Counted from the stretch's first letter, positions 9,196-21,333 are shown. The stretch: DNA of 64,000 nucleotides from Epithemia pelagica (GCA_946965045.2 OX337232.1:2542001-2606000), one strand, 5' to 3'. A program made the numbers and translations. Notes: generated from the sequence alone by a model not told the origin.

Positions 9196-10482
9196 ATGGA
9201 AGTCGAGGAAATCCCTGATGCTAATGCGGAAGCCGCCTCTGCTCCGGTTGCGGCTGATGCTGCTCCAGCTCCGGCTGCGGCGCCTGCAGCAGCAACAGCA
9301 GCAGCAGCAAACCCTATTCCAAACCCAACACGCCCACCGGTTCCGTACGCCAACTGTGACCCCATCATGCAGCAACGCCGGGACAGAACTCCACATGAGG
9401 ATCAAACTTATGCACTCCTTCGGCTGAAGGGTGTGTACTTTGATTCTTACGATTCCATTTGGACGATCAATAACGAGAATTTTGTAGCAGGCGATTTTAC
9501 TTTCCTCGATGCTATCCGACGTGAAGGAGGTCCTGGAATGATGGATCCAGTCGCTCACTTTGAAGATAGGTTTCCAGCTATGCGAAGAGGTATATATTCT
9601 GGTGACAGCAGGACAACCAGTGTAAATTTTCAGGGGATGGATATCTTTGGTCGAACGTACCCGGATCGGGTACATTTGGTCCCTCACACGCCAACCGCTT
9701 GTGCCGCATATGGGCCACTGGCGGAAGCGGCCATGGGAGTTAGGATGAACACGCAATTACAGCGAGCGAAGCTGATTCGAGGGACAAAACGATGTGGTGG
9801 AGAGAAGAGAAATGGGCTTCGGTACAGTCCATACAACCTTTTGCCGTTGTCTCAACAGGGCAGCTTTTTCGACAACCTCCCGTACATTATGGTTATACCC
9901 TGTGTTGACCTTCCATTTGTCCTTAATTGGACGCCGGGGCAACCGTATGCTTGTATGGTCGTCGCAGGTGGTTCTACCGTTGGTGGTGAAGGAGACGCCG
10001 AATTGATCGATGCCTACAAAACTTTGTTGCGGGAGACCTATCTATATTGCAACGAACAAGAAGCAACTGACGCGACAGATTTGCTTGCTGCTTTCGTCCG
10101 CGCCGCGGCATGTTGTATTAGGAATGAACAAAGTCTCCGTCTTTTTGATCAAGTGACAAATGCGGCTGAAAGTTCCCGGTTACGAAATCTTTTCGCGAAC
10201 CATCCTCATGGAATTCCGGTTCCATCAATGACGACTGGCGTTGACTTTCATCATCGACGACTTGCCAAGCTTAGCTTTCCAGTTCAAGGCACAAATGACC
10301 ATATACCGGACCCGTTTTTGCTACTTATCAAGGCCATGGTTTGCTTTTCTGCCAGCCAGAATTGCCGACTCATGCCATATATATATCGTCGTTCCTACTT
10401 TGACGATACGAGTGAAGAAAGCCAGGACGGAGACGCGGTTTCTCTCGAGTCGATAGAGGGGGGCTCGGAAGTTGATATTTGA
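9196..10482 (+). CDS. 428-aa protein with a degenerate HNH-like nuclease fold (Crinkler-type effector-like)
   Basis: Ala/Pro-rich N-terminus, then DRVHLVPH...NLLPL...FFD...IMVIP, resembling the AHIVP...N.L.L...H..FD pattern of HNH_2-type domains. Recognised by eye only. Confidence 0.5.
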   Translation: MEVEEIPDANAEAASAPVAADAAPAPAAAPAAATAAAANPIPNPTRPPVPYANCDPIMQQRRDRTPHEDQTYALLRLKGVYFDSYDSIWTINNENFVAGDFTFLDAIRREGGPGMMDPVAHFEDRFPAMRRGIYSGDSRTTSVNFQGMDIFGRTYPDRVHLVPHTPTACAAYGPLAEAAMGVRMNTQLQRAKLIRGTKRCGGEKRNGLRYSPYNLLPLSQQGSFFDNLPYIMVIPCVDLPFVLNWTPGQPYACMVVAGGSTVGGEGDAELIDAYKTLLRETYLYCNEQEATDATDLLAAFVRAAACCIRNEQSLRLFDQVTNAAESSRLRNLFANHPHGIPVPSMTTGVDFHHRRLAKLSFPVQGTNDHIPDPFLLLIKAMVCFSASQNCRLMPYIYRRSYFDDTSEESQDGDAVSLESIEGGSEVDI

Positions 10483-11459
10483 CACGAATCGTCCTTCTGT
10501 CCGGAGGAAGAACGCACCATGGAAGCAGTGGTGGTGGTGGTGGTGGACGTTTGCATCAGCGAGGACGGTGTGACGGTTGCCGCGGCACTGTGGTGGGGTG
10601 GGTGGTGGCACAAGGACGACGCCACACACCAGCCCACCACGGCCACCAGGGATCCTCCTACCAGACACCCACAGAAAAAGGACCACACCATGGGCCAGGA
10701 ATAATGAGTGCGACCACCACAGGACCACCAGGATTTGGTGGGAAATTTGGGAGGATCCAACGGATGATAGAGGAGGTACTTTTGTTTCCGAGGATGACTC
10801 CCCGAACTACCACTAGTATTGGTAGTGCGTAGGGACCAGAGCGATGATCCCGATGATGATTTCCAGGCTGTGGTCGTCATGCTGTAGTCTTATTCGTTGC
10901 CGTGATGCGCGTTTTGTCACAACCAGACTTGCACCCTTGGGCTTTGAAAAGATGACAATGCAACCGACAGGGACAGGTTCTCGTTGTCGTCGACGACAAG
11001 AAGAAGTTGATGCCAAATGTCCCTGTTCCCTGTCCCGCCAGTCATGCTGACTCATTAAGAAGTCGCCTTTATAACGCGGATAGGTCCATTTCATTTTCGG
11101 GGGATCGGCGTATCCGTACTTTCAAAAGCAGAGTGGGATCAATCCCGGAAATTCCAAAAACACCCCAGAGCAATAGAAAAGGAAATCTTTAACATTTCCA
11201 TTGGTATTAATTCCCTTCAACCTCTGGGTTGTCTTCAAGAAACCAAAACCAACAAGATACTCCCCAGAGAGGGTGGTTTCGAGGTTGTACTTTCTGGATA
11301 ACAGAAATTACACCCTATAAGCAAACCCCGCTAGGGGGGCCAACAAGGACCTCGTCGACGGAACAAATCCACCAGTTGGCGTGTTAGCAAAGAACACGAG
11401 CAAAGGAGCGGAACCACCACAACAACAACAACAAACGATCATATAGACAGCGACAGAGA

Positions 11460-12893
11460 ATGGCAATCCCCGAGATGATCACGTTGGACAAGGAAGACGC
11501 GGTCGTGGACGAAGAATCTCATTTGTTGCCTCTGGAAGATCGACCAACCACCACCAAAGGATTGCTCACGACCGAGCAACAACAACAACACCAAGAACCA
11601 AACGGACACGCCACGAACCACCACCACCCATTGACCAATGGACATGCCACCACGTCGTCCCCAACAACGGCCAATGGGCCTTCGATGAAACCCATGGATC
11701 ATTTGGTGTCCAATCGTCGAAAGAATTTGTGTTGGTCGGTCTCCTTGTTGATTGTCTTTTTGGGATTGATTGGATCCTTGGCGGTCTGGAGGTACCAAGA
11801 CTTGTCGCAAGCTTCGTCTGCGGCTTCGGCCACCACTTCACCGTCCATTGGCAATTGGCCCAATGATGACAGCAGTGGCAACAGCAACACGAACGACTCG
11901 GACAATCGAGCCGCCCATGCGCGACAAGTCTTGAACAAACATTTCAACCGACAATCCAATCTCATGGCACCAGGTTGTGAGGCAACCATTATGATTATTC
12001 GACATTGCGACAAGTATGGTCCCAATGTCTATGATCAAGATGGCAATGAGCATTGCAGTTACCAAGGAATGGAACGGTCCCACTTTCTCAAAACCTTGTT
12101 TGCCAAGCCAATGGACAACAACAGCATCGAGAATGATACTCCCAATTGGAGATGGCCTCTCCCCTCCTACTTGTTTGCCTTGACGGCCGATCGAGGATCT
12201 CATTTGAACTTTCGCGAACGCGAGACCTTGCACCCCTTGTCGATTCAATCGGGGCTCGACATTGAAATGATGGACCCGAATGACATGCCCCCACGATTGT
12301 TTGACATGCTGCAATCCGGTGACATGTGTGGACGATTGGCGGTCGTTTGTTGGAAACATGAACTCATTCCAGATTTGGCCGTGGCCTTGGGGTGCGGACA
12401 AGAACAGGGATGCCCAGCAGTGTATCCACGAGAAACCTTTGATCAAGTGTGGCAAATCAAATATGTGTTTCGACCATCGCTGGTGGCATCCACCGTTGCG
12501 TCAACCTCCAATTCTACCAACTCCAGCGTAAGCACTGCGGCGAATGGAGACCAACAGGTCAACGCTGCTGTCTCTGCCTCAGTGAACAACGATAATAATA
12601 TCGACGACGATGATGATAACACCAGCACGGAGAACAACAGCATAAATGACGGCAGTGGCACAGCGGGTGGCAGTAATGATGATGATGATGACGATACTGC
12701 CAAGAACAACAGTGGTTCCAGATTCTTGAAAAAACACAAACAACATCACAGCAACAAACGTGCCAACGATGGGTGGTTTGTCTATGCATCGGTCCAACAT
12801 CAACATTTTGATCCTCTCACCTACAGCGCACAAATGGGGGATTATCCACCCGGTGGTACACCCCAGGGAGGACGATGGAAAGACGAACTGTAA
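11460..12893 (+). CDS. Membrane-anchored histidine phosphatase (phosphoglycerate mutase-like) superfamily protein
   Basis: One TM helix (LCWSVSLLIVFLGLIGSLAVW), IIRHCDK, RERETLHPL and VVCWKHELIPDLAVALG motifs; Asn/Asp/Ser-rich insert. Confidence 0.8.
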   Translation: MAIPEMITLDKEDAVVDEESHLLPLEDRPTTTKGLLTTEQQQQHQEPNGHATNHHHPLTNGHATTSSPTTANGPSMKPMDHLVSNRRKNLCWSVSLLIVFLGLIGSLAVWRYQDLSQASSAASATTSPSIGNWPNDDSSGNSNTNDSDNRAAHARQVLNKHFNRQSNLMAPGCEATIMIIRHCDKYGPNVYDQDGNEHCSYQGMERSHFLKTLFAKPMDNNSIENDTPNWRWPLPSYLFALTADRGSHLNFRERETLHPLSIQSGLDIEMMDPNDMPPRLFDMLQSGDMCGRLAVVCWKHELIPDLAVALGCGQEQGCPAVYPRETFDQVWQIKYVFRPSLVASTVASTSNSTNSSVSTAANGDQQVNAAVSASVNNDNNIDDDDDNTSTENNSINDGSGTAGGSNDDDDDDTAKNNSGSRFLKKHKQHHSNKRANDGWFVYASVQHQHFDPLTYSAQMGDYPPGGTPQGGRWKDEL

Positions 12894-13565
12894 ACTCGGT
12901 TGGCCTTTTGCACTGGTCCCTTCTTTTAGGGACAAGTAATGTCCAGGCGGTGGAAGAGGAATGATCCATACAGGCAATATCCTGTTCTCTCTAGAGACAC
13001 TGCTGGATGGCACATGTAGGACAAGCCTTGCTGGGCAATCACTGCCTCGCGGCGTACCGCCATGTCGGAACAAGATTCGGAGAACCTCCCAAAGACGATC
13101 AATTCACCAAAATTTCATTCATTTTCATTCCCCCATTGTATTCTTTCACATTGCTATCATACATACATAATCTATATATATCGGGTACAGAGATCCTCAT
13201 CTTACAGCTGGGACGTTTGCAGTTTCGTGAAGCATCTCATAACGCAACCAAAACGAACACACAAAATCATGATTTGAGAGTGATATCGTGATGAAGCTCG
13301 ACTGCGCTCACGCATTCGGATACAAGGCTATTTATGTGCTCTAGTAGAAAAACTGAACCATATTATAGGGTTCCAAACTCCTCAAACTACGAATATGTTT
13401 AGAAGGCCGCTAGCTCAAATGGGATGCACTTCGAAAATTGGAGAGAAAGTAAAAAAGAAGTTAGACCTATGTAGTCGGCACTCTCCTTTGGATCTCCAAT
13501 AGAACGAGATATATGTACGAGTATTTCAATGGGGACCATCCTTTCGAATCATCATTCACTCTGTC

Positions 13566-14255
13566 TCATAGTCCCATCCAATCTTTGAGCAGACGTGGCG
13601 CTCCCAACCGTTCCACTTTGTGTTGCCGAGCTACTTCGAGACACTCATTGGTGGCCTCTTCTGGTGATATTCCATGCTTGTGAACGACCCACTGATGTTT
13701 CACCAAGAATTGGAAGCGTGAGAAACGATTGTGTCCTATGGGTATCCCTTTTGGTCTCCATTCACTACTTACTCCAGCAGCCACTCGACCACTGCGTCCC
13801 ATTCCGTGAGTACAATGCACTACCGCACGTTCGTCTTTGGATTCAACATCTTCAATGGTAGCCATGATTCTCTGGAACGAATCTTTGGATGACATGGGAA
13901 TATGATGAACCACAATACCTGCTGCCTCATAGGCCGATATCAATCCAGGGGCTTCATAGTCTTCCAATTCCGAATCGCCCAACAAAATAATCACATGCTT
14001 TATTTGACGTTCCGAAGCAGTCATGTATGCGACCCATTCGTCTACCACGGTTTGGGTAGGAATTTTGGACGCCTTGTCGGCCGGATCACCACCAGGTCGT
14101 TCACAGGTGAACAAGGTGGCATCACGGTCCGATGCCGGTCCAAAATTGTGAGGATTCTCTTGAGGACAAGATGGCGTCTTCACAGTCGTCCTTTCGTCGT
14201 TGGTTTCATCCACCTGGACTTCGTCTCCTTCTTTGACGGTCAGTATCGGTGCCAT
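13566..14255 (-). CDS. Cys-based protein tyrosine/dual-specificity phosphatase, one 81-bp intron (13692-13772)
   Basis: HCTHGMGRSG (CX5R) loop; in-frame GTAAGT...CAG intron whose removal joins GRVAAG to WVVHKHG; likely ATG at 14255. Confidence 0.85.
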   Translation of the reverse strand: MAPILTVKEGDEVQVDETNDERTTVKTPSCPQENPHNFGPASDRDATLFTCERPGGDPADKASKIPTQTVVDEWVAYMTASERQIKHVIILLGDSELEDYEAPGLISAYEAAGIVVHHIPMSSKDSFQRIMATIEDVESKDERAVVHCTHGMGRSGRVAAGVSSEWRPKGIPIGHNRFSRFQFLVKHQWVVHKHGISPEEATNECLEVARQHKVERLGAPRLLKDWMGL

Positions 14256-14736
14256 GGTGCAACGAGTGGAATGAATGCTTCTTCGTTGTGTGGCCAAAGA
14301 GGAAGAGGACGACTCTTCGTTCCAATCTATAATCCTAAGCGGTGATTCGGCAAAAGAATGGTTTGAGTAAGGTCTTGGATGTGAGCCAGTCAGCGTCGTC
14401 ACTTGGCAGGGTAGAATACTAGGAACCAAGCGCAAGGGGTTGCCGCTATTGGCACTTTGTGCAGCTTTGGCACGGATATGGACGATCCAACGGTGGGAGC
14501 CGAGCGATGCCATGATGTGACGAATCTTATGGCCATGGTCGAGACCATTTAGGTGGGGGGAGTACACTTTTGCGGAGTGTGAATCTTTCTGATGCGAGCG
14601 CGGGGCGGCCCAGGTCAGTCGCACGAAAAGGTTGCGTACGTGTCACCACCAAGATTTCGATCTCTCGTTTCGTTGTCGGTTGTTGTCCCCGATTGCAGAA
14701 TCCAAAAGTGCCACCAGTGCAATTTGCGATGCCGCA

Positions 14737-15294
14737 ATGAGGTCGTTGTGGATACTACAGGCTGGAGCAATTCGAAGGCTTTTGATTGTTATCTTATTGA
14801 ACGACCTTGTACAGTCATTTTCATTCCTTTCCAGGCGAAACAAACCGACATGTGCATCACTCAATATTCCATTGCTCCAGGCGTCTTCAAAGACAAATAA
14901 GGAAGATGAATCGACCATTGAATTTCAAGCTCAATGCGGACGAGGCGAAGATCACTTATCAGCGTTTTTGGAAGAAGGAGATGTTGTCGTTTACCAAACA
15001 GGAACCTGGTTCGTCGATGGAGTTGAAGTCGGCGATGGGAGCGAACCAAAATTCCACTATTGTCAAATGGAAACACTGCAACTGGTCTGGACTCACAATT
15101 GTGAGCATGGGGTCATACGAGGGTACCAACTGGATTGTCTTGACTCGGAAACTCTGGAGCTCTCGGACGAGGTCGTGGAGTTTGGACCGGAACAATTGAT
15201 TGCCCGAATTCCCGTCAGCTGGGTGCAACAAGGAGATGGAGGGCAACGGGCTATTTCGCCTATTTCCTTACGAGATGACTTGTGGCGGCAGTGA
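14737..15294 (+). CDS. Unknown protein with a probable bipartite plastid-targeting presequence
   Basis: Hydrophobic signal ending VQS-F followed by a Ser/Arg-rich transit-like region; acidic globular C-terminus. Confidence 0.65.
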   Translation: MRSLWILQAGAIRRLLIVILLNDLVQSFSFLSRRNKPTCASLNIPLLQASSKTNKEDESTIEFQAQCGRGEDHLSAFLEEGDVVVYQTGTWFVDGVEVGDGSEPKFHYCQMETLQLVWTHNCEHGVIRGYQLDCLDSETLELSDEVVEFGPEQLIARIPVSWVQQGDGGQRAISPISLRDDLWRQ

Positions 15295-15514
15295 CATGAG
15301 TATCGGCCATGGAGATTGATTAGGTAGCTCGGAAAGGCTGGAGAGATGTCGGCGAACAATAGAGGTCGCGGGTAGATAGCTTTCAGTCGCTTCAGTTTTC
15401 GTGCGTACATTCGCCTCTTTCCCAGCGTTCCAAGTCCAAAGTCCAAGCGACCATCGTGCGCGCACTATTCCACCGCCAGATTCTTCGCCTTGTGCAAAAT
15501 TTGGTGTGAACTTG

Positions 15515-16825
15515 ATGATGGGTGCTGGGACCATGAAGTTGCTGTTCTACAACAATATTCGTATGGCGCGAAGCGTTTCTGAAATGAGACATCGTCTCTG
15601 TGCGAGAATTCATACGATATCGCTGGCTAGAGAGCAAAGGTATCCTGTTGGAACCTTTCGAAGAGCACTAATGAGAAGCCACCATCATCAGTCAATATCG
15701 CACCGATACATGACAGTCAAATCGCAACTTTTCAAGGAAGACATGGCATCCGATGAAGAGGCTGTGAAGGATTCCAATTTGATCAACACAAAGCTGGGGA
15801 TTCTATCCAATTCCGCGTCATCCTCGGTGCAGATTATTGACGTTGGTCCGCTGGCGGATCATATGCGATATCAGGTCCGACAGTACACCAAGACATTGGC
15901 GAAAACGCAAATGGAGAAGGTTCGAATGGTGGGAATATTAGCAGATGAAGGCATTGATCGGATAGATGCGGAAATTTACAGTTCACGAATTTCCGAGACT
16001 TTTGCCCAAGATGGAATTTCCTACGAGTTGTGCAGATGCTCGGGCACTACTCGAGACGATGTGGAAGCCGTGATTCAGTCCATCAACGAGCGAGAGGATG
16101 TGGATGGTGTTTTGGTTTTTTACCCAATCTTCAAGGACCAAACCAGCGTTTCCAATAAAACTTACATGTCTAAAACCGGGGTGTATTACAAGACAGACGA
16201 CGATTATCTTCGTGACTCTGTCCACCCCTCCAAGGACGTGGAAGGAGTTCGCTTCAATAACCAAGTCCGCAGTATGTTTCGGGCAAGAAGCAAAGAGTCC
16301 CGCACTCCCAATGACTTTTTCGTTCCTTGTACAGCGCTTGCCGTTACTCGAATCCTGGACACATATGTACAGGCCAGTCAGTCGTCGCCATCATCGTCAA
16401 TTAACGAGAACTGGTCAAAATCTACCGTGACAATCATCAATCGATCTGAAATCCTGGGGAGACCTCTGGCCGCCTTGTTGGCACTGAAAGGAGCAACTGT
16501 GTATTCTGTTGACGAACACTCCATTCTTTGCTTCGAAGCAGGTCGAATGCGACGATGCAACTTGACCATTGACGAATGTTTGGCGACATCTTCCGTCATT
16601 GTCACGGGTGTTCCTTCAGCAAACTATCGTCTTCCCACCAATCTTGTGCAAGATGGTGCCACCATTGTCAATGTTTCCGAATTTCCCAATGTGGACGAAA
16701 CGGCGCTTGTACGACGAGGAGTCAGGGTCAACTACGTACCACAAGTTGGTAAAGTGACAGTTGCGGCGCTGGAGGAAAATCTGATTCGACTTCATAAGAA
16801 GAAAAGGGAAGAATCTTTGCTATGA
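15515..16825 (+). CDS. MTD1: Methylenetetrahydrofolate dehydrogenase, NAD-dependent MTD1/FolD family (start codon uncertain)
   Basis: INEREDVDGVLVFYPIF, DDYLRDSVHPSKDVEG, VPCTALAV, INRSEILGRPLAALLA and YVPQVGKVTVAAL motifs. Confidence 0.88.
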   Translation: MMGAGTMKLLFYNNIRMARSVSEMRHRLCARIHTISLAREQRYPVGTFRRALMRSHHHQSISHRYMTVKSQLFKEDMASDEEAVKDSNLINTKLGILSNSASSSVQIIDVGPLADHMRYQVRQYTKTLAKTQMEKVRMVGILADEGIDRIDAEIYSSRISETFAQDGISYELCRCSGTTRDDVEAVIQSINEREDVDGVLVFYPIFKDQTSVSNKTYMSKTGVYYKTDDDYLRDSVHPSKDVEGVRFNNQVRSMFRARSKESRTPNDFFVPCTALAVTRILDTYVQASQSSPSSSINENWSKSTVTIINRSEILGRPLAALLALKGATVYSVDEHSILCFEAGRMRRCNLTIDECLATSSVIVTGVPSANYRLPTNLVQDGATIVNVSEFPNVDETALVRRGVRVNYVPQVGKVTVAALEENLIRLHKKKREESLL

Positions 16826-17218
16826 GTAGCGTCAGCAACAGAATACACAGGCAGCTATAGCTAGTTTAGCTAGGTTCTCCTAGCAATGTCCAGGAGTCAG
16901 TTGAGACGTTTGGATTCCTGGGTTTCTTGTACACACAAATGAAATCTTGCTGGAGGGCATGGCAACACTGGGCACCTTTTCAGCTGTACGTGGTCCCATG
17001 CAGTATCTCGTCGCTGAGCTCTTGACGGATGGTGCCTTTTTTATCGAGTCAAGGTCTCGGGTGGTCAAAAGCCTCCGTTCCATCACCCACCCCATGGACC
17101 CGGTGTCTCTGAGCCTAAGTGGTATTTAGATGTCGTCCCCATTCCCGTACAGCTGACAAAAGTAAAACAAAGGCAATGCTTTGGATATTGGCAGCACGAC
17201 ACTCGGTCAAATCATAAT

Positions 17219-18946
17219 CTACGTGACCATGTCGTCGCCCAACGTCTCTCCAGTCTCGTCCATGAGGGGTGCCGTCCACTGTATATCTCGGAGACACTCG
17301 AAGTCACGAATGGTAGCGGCAGAAACGTGAATAGGATTGGGGGGTTGCGATCGCGGACGCTTGCTTCGTCGTTGAGGCGGACGTGGAATGCACGTGAGCA
17401 TATTCATCACGGCATCGGAAGGGCTCAGGTACACAAGATATATGTTGTCAAACGATTGGAACCATCCACTATTGTCGCACATCCTTCTTAAAGTGGGCAA
17501 AACGTCATCGTGATCTGCGACGTGCACTTTCACTGCCCAGACGTCCTCTCCGTCCTGGCTCTTTAGAATCAAATCGATGGCAGGGAAATTTGAGTTTTTC
17601 GGTATGAAGAGCGTGTTTTCTGCCATCATCGGAGCCGTTGGCAATTCTTGCGTCTCGAAGACCAAGCCGGAGTCCACAGAAGCAGGAAGCACATCTCTCT
17701 TTGGATCTTTGGACAGGACTGAGTTCTTGCGAAATCGCACGATGACAATCAGTTCAAAAAGACGCTCTCGAACATCATTGGAAACGTTGACGTTGGCACA
17801 TACGTTAAGGAGAACAATTTCATTTTTCTCGACGAACTGTATCAAATCGTTCCAGAAGATAATACGGTACGCCACCAGCACAGCTGGGAAAAGAGGTACA
17901 ATGAGGCCGTCTCTCCAAGCGGAGTATTTCCTGTCGTAGTGCAGCACTGAGCTTAGTTCAGGTGGAATCGAGAGCAAGCAATAAACTGCAGCAAGTTTGA
18001 TAGACTGGAGTTTGATAGACTGGATTGCCACCTTATCCGCACTATGTTCTGCCAACAACTGGCCGACTCCCACCCGGACGTCGCGGATACATTCAGGTTC
18101 GTAGCTCGCTGGCGATTCCAGATACTCCGCAACTTGCAAGGGGCACAGTCCCGTCACTTTCTTCAAACGAAACAGTTCCTCGCCGTTATCAAAATGAGGC
18201 TTCCACACCAGCATTTCCTCGACTGTCAAAGACAACGGATGATCATAGACACAAAAACCAGGATGGTTTTCTTTGTAAGCCGTTGAATTGTTTGCTGATG
18301 CGGAGACTACACACTTCATCCTGTTTCGAAGATTCAATAGCTTCATAAGATTAAATGGGGGCGGCAACACACCGACATCTTTGGCAGTCGAAAACTGAGG
18401 CCGGGCGAATATTCTGTTGATTTGGTCAAACAAGAAGAACCAATCCTTGTCGATGGTCGGAAGAATGGCTTCAATGCGATCAATTATCGTCAGCAACGTA
18501 TCCGTTGTCGCCATAGCACGGTCAATACCAATTGCTTGTGTGCTGGACTTGATCGAACGGCACATAGCCTGCAACAAGTCAAAATTATCGCACCAATCTT
18601 CACAGGTCGGAATGAACGTGACGATTGCGCCGCGCGCTCTCAGTCTACGAACCAGGTTGACCATTGAATGAGATTTCCCAATGCCCTGCGGGCCGCGCAC
18701 AAAGAGACCCTTCACTTGATTCTCGTTCATCAGAAGTTCTTCCATCTTCTCGACGATATCGGGTCGATAAAGGACGCCTGAACGCCGAGTTTCTTTGAAC
18801 CGCTCCACCGGAAAGCTCGCCGGAAATTCAACTGCAAAATCCATGGGATGCATCTCGACCGCGACAGGGTCAAGATGATGACCATGATCTTCAACAGCGG
18901 CAAATTCCTCCAACGCCTGCAAAAATTTGTCCATGATCTGCTCCAT
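17219..18946 (-). CDS. P-loop NTPase fused to a C-terminal restriction-endonuclease-fold domain (Crinkler/RHS-type module)
   Basis: Walker A GPQGIGKS, Walker B FFLFDQ, and C-terminal LFIPKNSNFPAIDLIL...WAVKVHV (the usual Q.T position is altered). Confidence 0.75.
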   Translation of the reverse strand: MEQIMDKFLQALEEFAAVEDHGHHLDPVAVEMHPMDFAVEFPASFPVERFKETRRSGVLYRPDIVEKMEELLMNENQVKGLFVRGPQGIGKSHSMVNLVRRLRARGAIVTFIPTCEDWCDNFDLLQAMCRSIKSSTQAIGIDRAMATTDTLLTIIDRIEAILPTIDKDWFFLFDQINRIFARPQFSTAKDVGVLPPPFNLMKLLNLRNRMKCVVSASANNSTAYKENHPGFCVYDHPLSLTVEEMLVWKPHFDNGEELFRLKKVTGLCPLQVAEYLESPASYEPECIRDVRVGVGQLLAEHSADKVAIQSIKLQSIKLAAVYCLLSIPPELSSVLHYDRKYSAWRDGLIVPLFPAVLVAYRIIFWNDLIQFVEKNEIVLLNVCANVNVSNDVRERLFELIVIVRFRKNSVLSKDPKRDVLPASVDSGLVFETQELPTAPMMAENTLFIPKNSNFPAIDLILKSQDGEDVWAVKVHVADHDDVLPTLRRMCDNSGWFQSFDNIYLVYLSPSDAVMNMLTCIPRPPQRRSKRPRSQPPNPIHVSAATIRDFECLRDIQWTAPLMDETGETLGDDMVT

Positions 18947-19599
18947 TGTCGCCAATGCAATGCAATACAAGTTTCTTTTCAAAAGAACGACGCTGCTCTA
19001 CAATAAAATTTTGTAGGAGTAGGAGTAAAATATGGTGATTACACATCTAGCGAGCCATTGGAATGGTGCAAAAAACGGACGATTTACCCGCCTGCCCCCA
19101 ACGAGCTTCATCCATCCATAAAAAATGAGCGCCATGTCGGATTTTGATGAACCCGCCGGGTGAGAATGAGATCGAATCCTCTTTAGGCTGTTCCTTTACC
19201 CCCAAGCAGGGGTGAGTGAGTCCCGCGTGATCGAATACTCTGCGCTTGTATTCCCTTACTCACCCCCAAGGCGCGTCGGCTGCTCCCAACTTTGACACAA
19301 ACTCAGAACAACCACAACGCAAACACCACGAGGCCCATCTGGCTGTGGATGTAACAACACCCATGGACCCTCCCAAGTCCAACCGTGTTGTCCATGCTGT
19401 CTCTAACAACCCAAGGGACACTCCTGGCGCTGCAATAGCTGGTGCGCACACTTTCATTCCAAACACAATGCTACCGCGACAAATCCTCCAAACGTACAAC
19501 AATCGTTTAGATTTAGAATCTTGTTTACAAATCTCAACGGACCAAGTTTTCGGTGACAGAACCGACTGCGATCTCTCGGACAGACCGAAACGGCACGTG

Positions 19600-21250
19600 C
19601 CAAGGATGTTTGTCGTAGTGTCTCTTCGCGGAATCAAATCAGTCTTGCGCCGAACGGCAATTTGCTTCGACACTTGAAGCACTTGCGAGAAATTGAAACT
19701 ACGGTACCGCCGGATTGCGAGGAATGGCTTGCCGACTTGATTGACAGGAGGACTCCGTTATGGAGAGACTGTCTCTTTTTTTGCGCTGCGATACGGAGAG
19801 GCGTTGGCAACCCTTGAATATCGCGGTGCAACTGGTAGTTCCGACCATCCACGCGCACACAGCAACGAGTCAAACTTTGAATACACCCGAGTTGCGGAAA
19901 ACTTTGAGATTATTTCGGGTATGGATGGTATTTTATTTGGCGAGCAGCTACGCATGGTCCCGGTGAAGGGATGCTTCAGCAAGGCTCCTCTTGTCGGTTT
20001 GAACGAAGCGGACGTTCAGACGGTTGTACACGATACTCGTCAAGATGCCGTCAATATTTGCAACATCATGCTTGGACTCGACAACAACAAGGAAGGGAAC
20101 ACAGTATTGGTGTGCAGAGAAGGAAATTTGTTTACAAATCAACCTGATCATTCTAGGCCGATTTGTAAACAAATTTTGCATCTCTGCACACACAAACAGA
20201 GTGTGCCTGTGGTGAAGGTCCAAGAGAAACCGGGAGACGCAGCGGTAGACGACAATCGAGTGCACGGTCAACCATTCGACCAGCTGCTCAATACTGTGCT
20301 GTCAAAGCACAAGGGAAACGCCATTGGCGTCATAACGTCTATCAAGAAAACCCGCGTTGCTTGGATTGGGGATGAGGCGGACCGCATTGTGGAGGAGGGT
20401 TCCTTTCTCTCCCTGGAAAAGTTGCGCGAATGCAGGAAGCGATTGTCGACCAGGGACGGGGTGCCATTGTCAAGGAAAACGGAAGAGTACGCACAGCAGC
20501 AAAACGGCGGTATCCAGATGCAAGTTTCAGCAACACCTCATCGTAACGCGAAAAAGGCCCGAATCGAGGTCAAACGAGAATTGTTTTTGTCGTGTCCTTT
20601 CCAAGCGAATGATCTCCTTCATGTTTTCTGCAATCTCATCATTGCTGGTATCCTTCTACACGATCCCGACACCGTGGGATTAAGCCGCAGCGACACGCCA
20701 GTGGACATTCCGGCATCCGTGGTACTTCATTCAGGGGGAAAGGCGCCCATGCTGGAAACCCTGGCGGCAGTCGTTCGCGGGCCGGCAACGAAACCTCGTT
20801 TTTCGGGACTTGCGAGAAAGGTCGCCAGCTCAATGGGTATGGTTCCGTCACCCAAATATTTTCTGGGAAAGCCTTTGCTCTTGTTCGACTTGGAACGTTT
20901 ATTCGAGTGGTGACGCATTCCGGGCATGAATGTGTTGTGAAAATGTACATTCTGGAGTACCATGTGGATGGCACTCGAGAATATACATTTTGATGACAGA
21001 TTCATGATGGGCAAAAGATTATCGATTTCGATTCAAGAAGCTTGGAGGCCGTGTCACGCGAAGAAAGGATGTACAACAAAGTATATCCTGAGCTTGCTCA
21101 ACATGTATGGGTCGAAAGGTTTTGCGGGCGGCACTGCTTGATTCTTCCTTTTTTTTGAAAATGTGCCCAATGCTGATCGAGCAATCCAAAGTAGCCGATG
21201 TTGGCGCACTAACGGTTGACTTGTGTGTACTACAACATGTTGCTTCCTTT
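19600..21250 (+). pseudogene. Frameshifted Crinkler-type REase + kinase-like gene (boundaries approximate)
   Basis: ORF 19741-20913 has NEADVQ...QPDH...VKVQEKP...GQPFDQ (eroded PD-(D/E)xK-type motifs). Downstream shifted frames give LGTFIRVVTHSGHECVVKMY and YNKVYPELAQHVWV...HCLILPFF; stops and frameshifts at both ends. Confidence 0.6.
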
Positions 21251-21333
21251 GGAGATCATGCGAATCCTATACTCGTTACTTCGTCCGTTAGGTAAACAGA
21301 TCACTGCACTTAGTCGTCAAACGCCCAATTCTT

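Noticed and set aside
10395-11094. Minus-strand ORFs with a His run and a possible TM helix
   Set aside because: Low-complexity, fragmented across frames and partly antisense to the 9196-10482 gene; no supportable product.
11324-11339. CCCCGCTAGGGGGG resembling the giant element's right terminus
   Set aside because: It lacks the ACTCA core, inner block, TA flank and a partner end.
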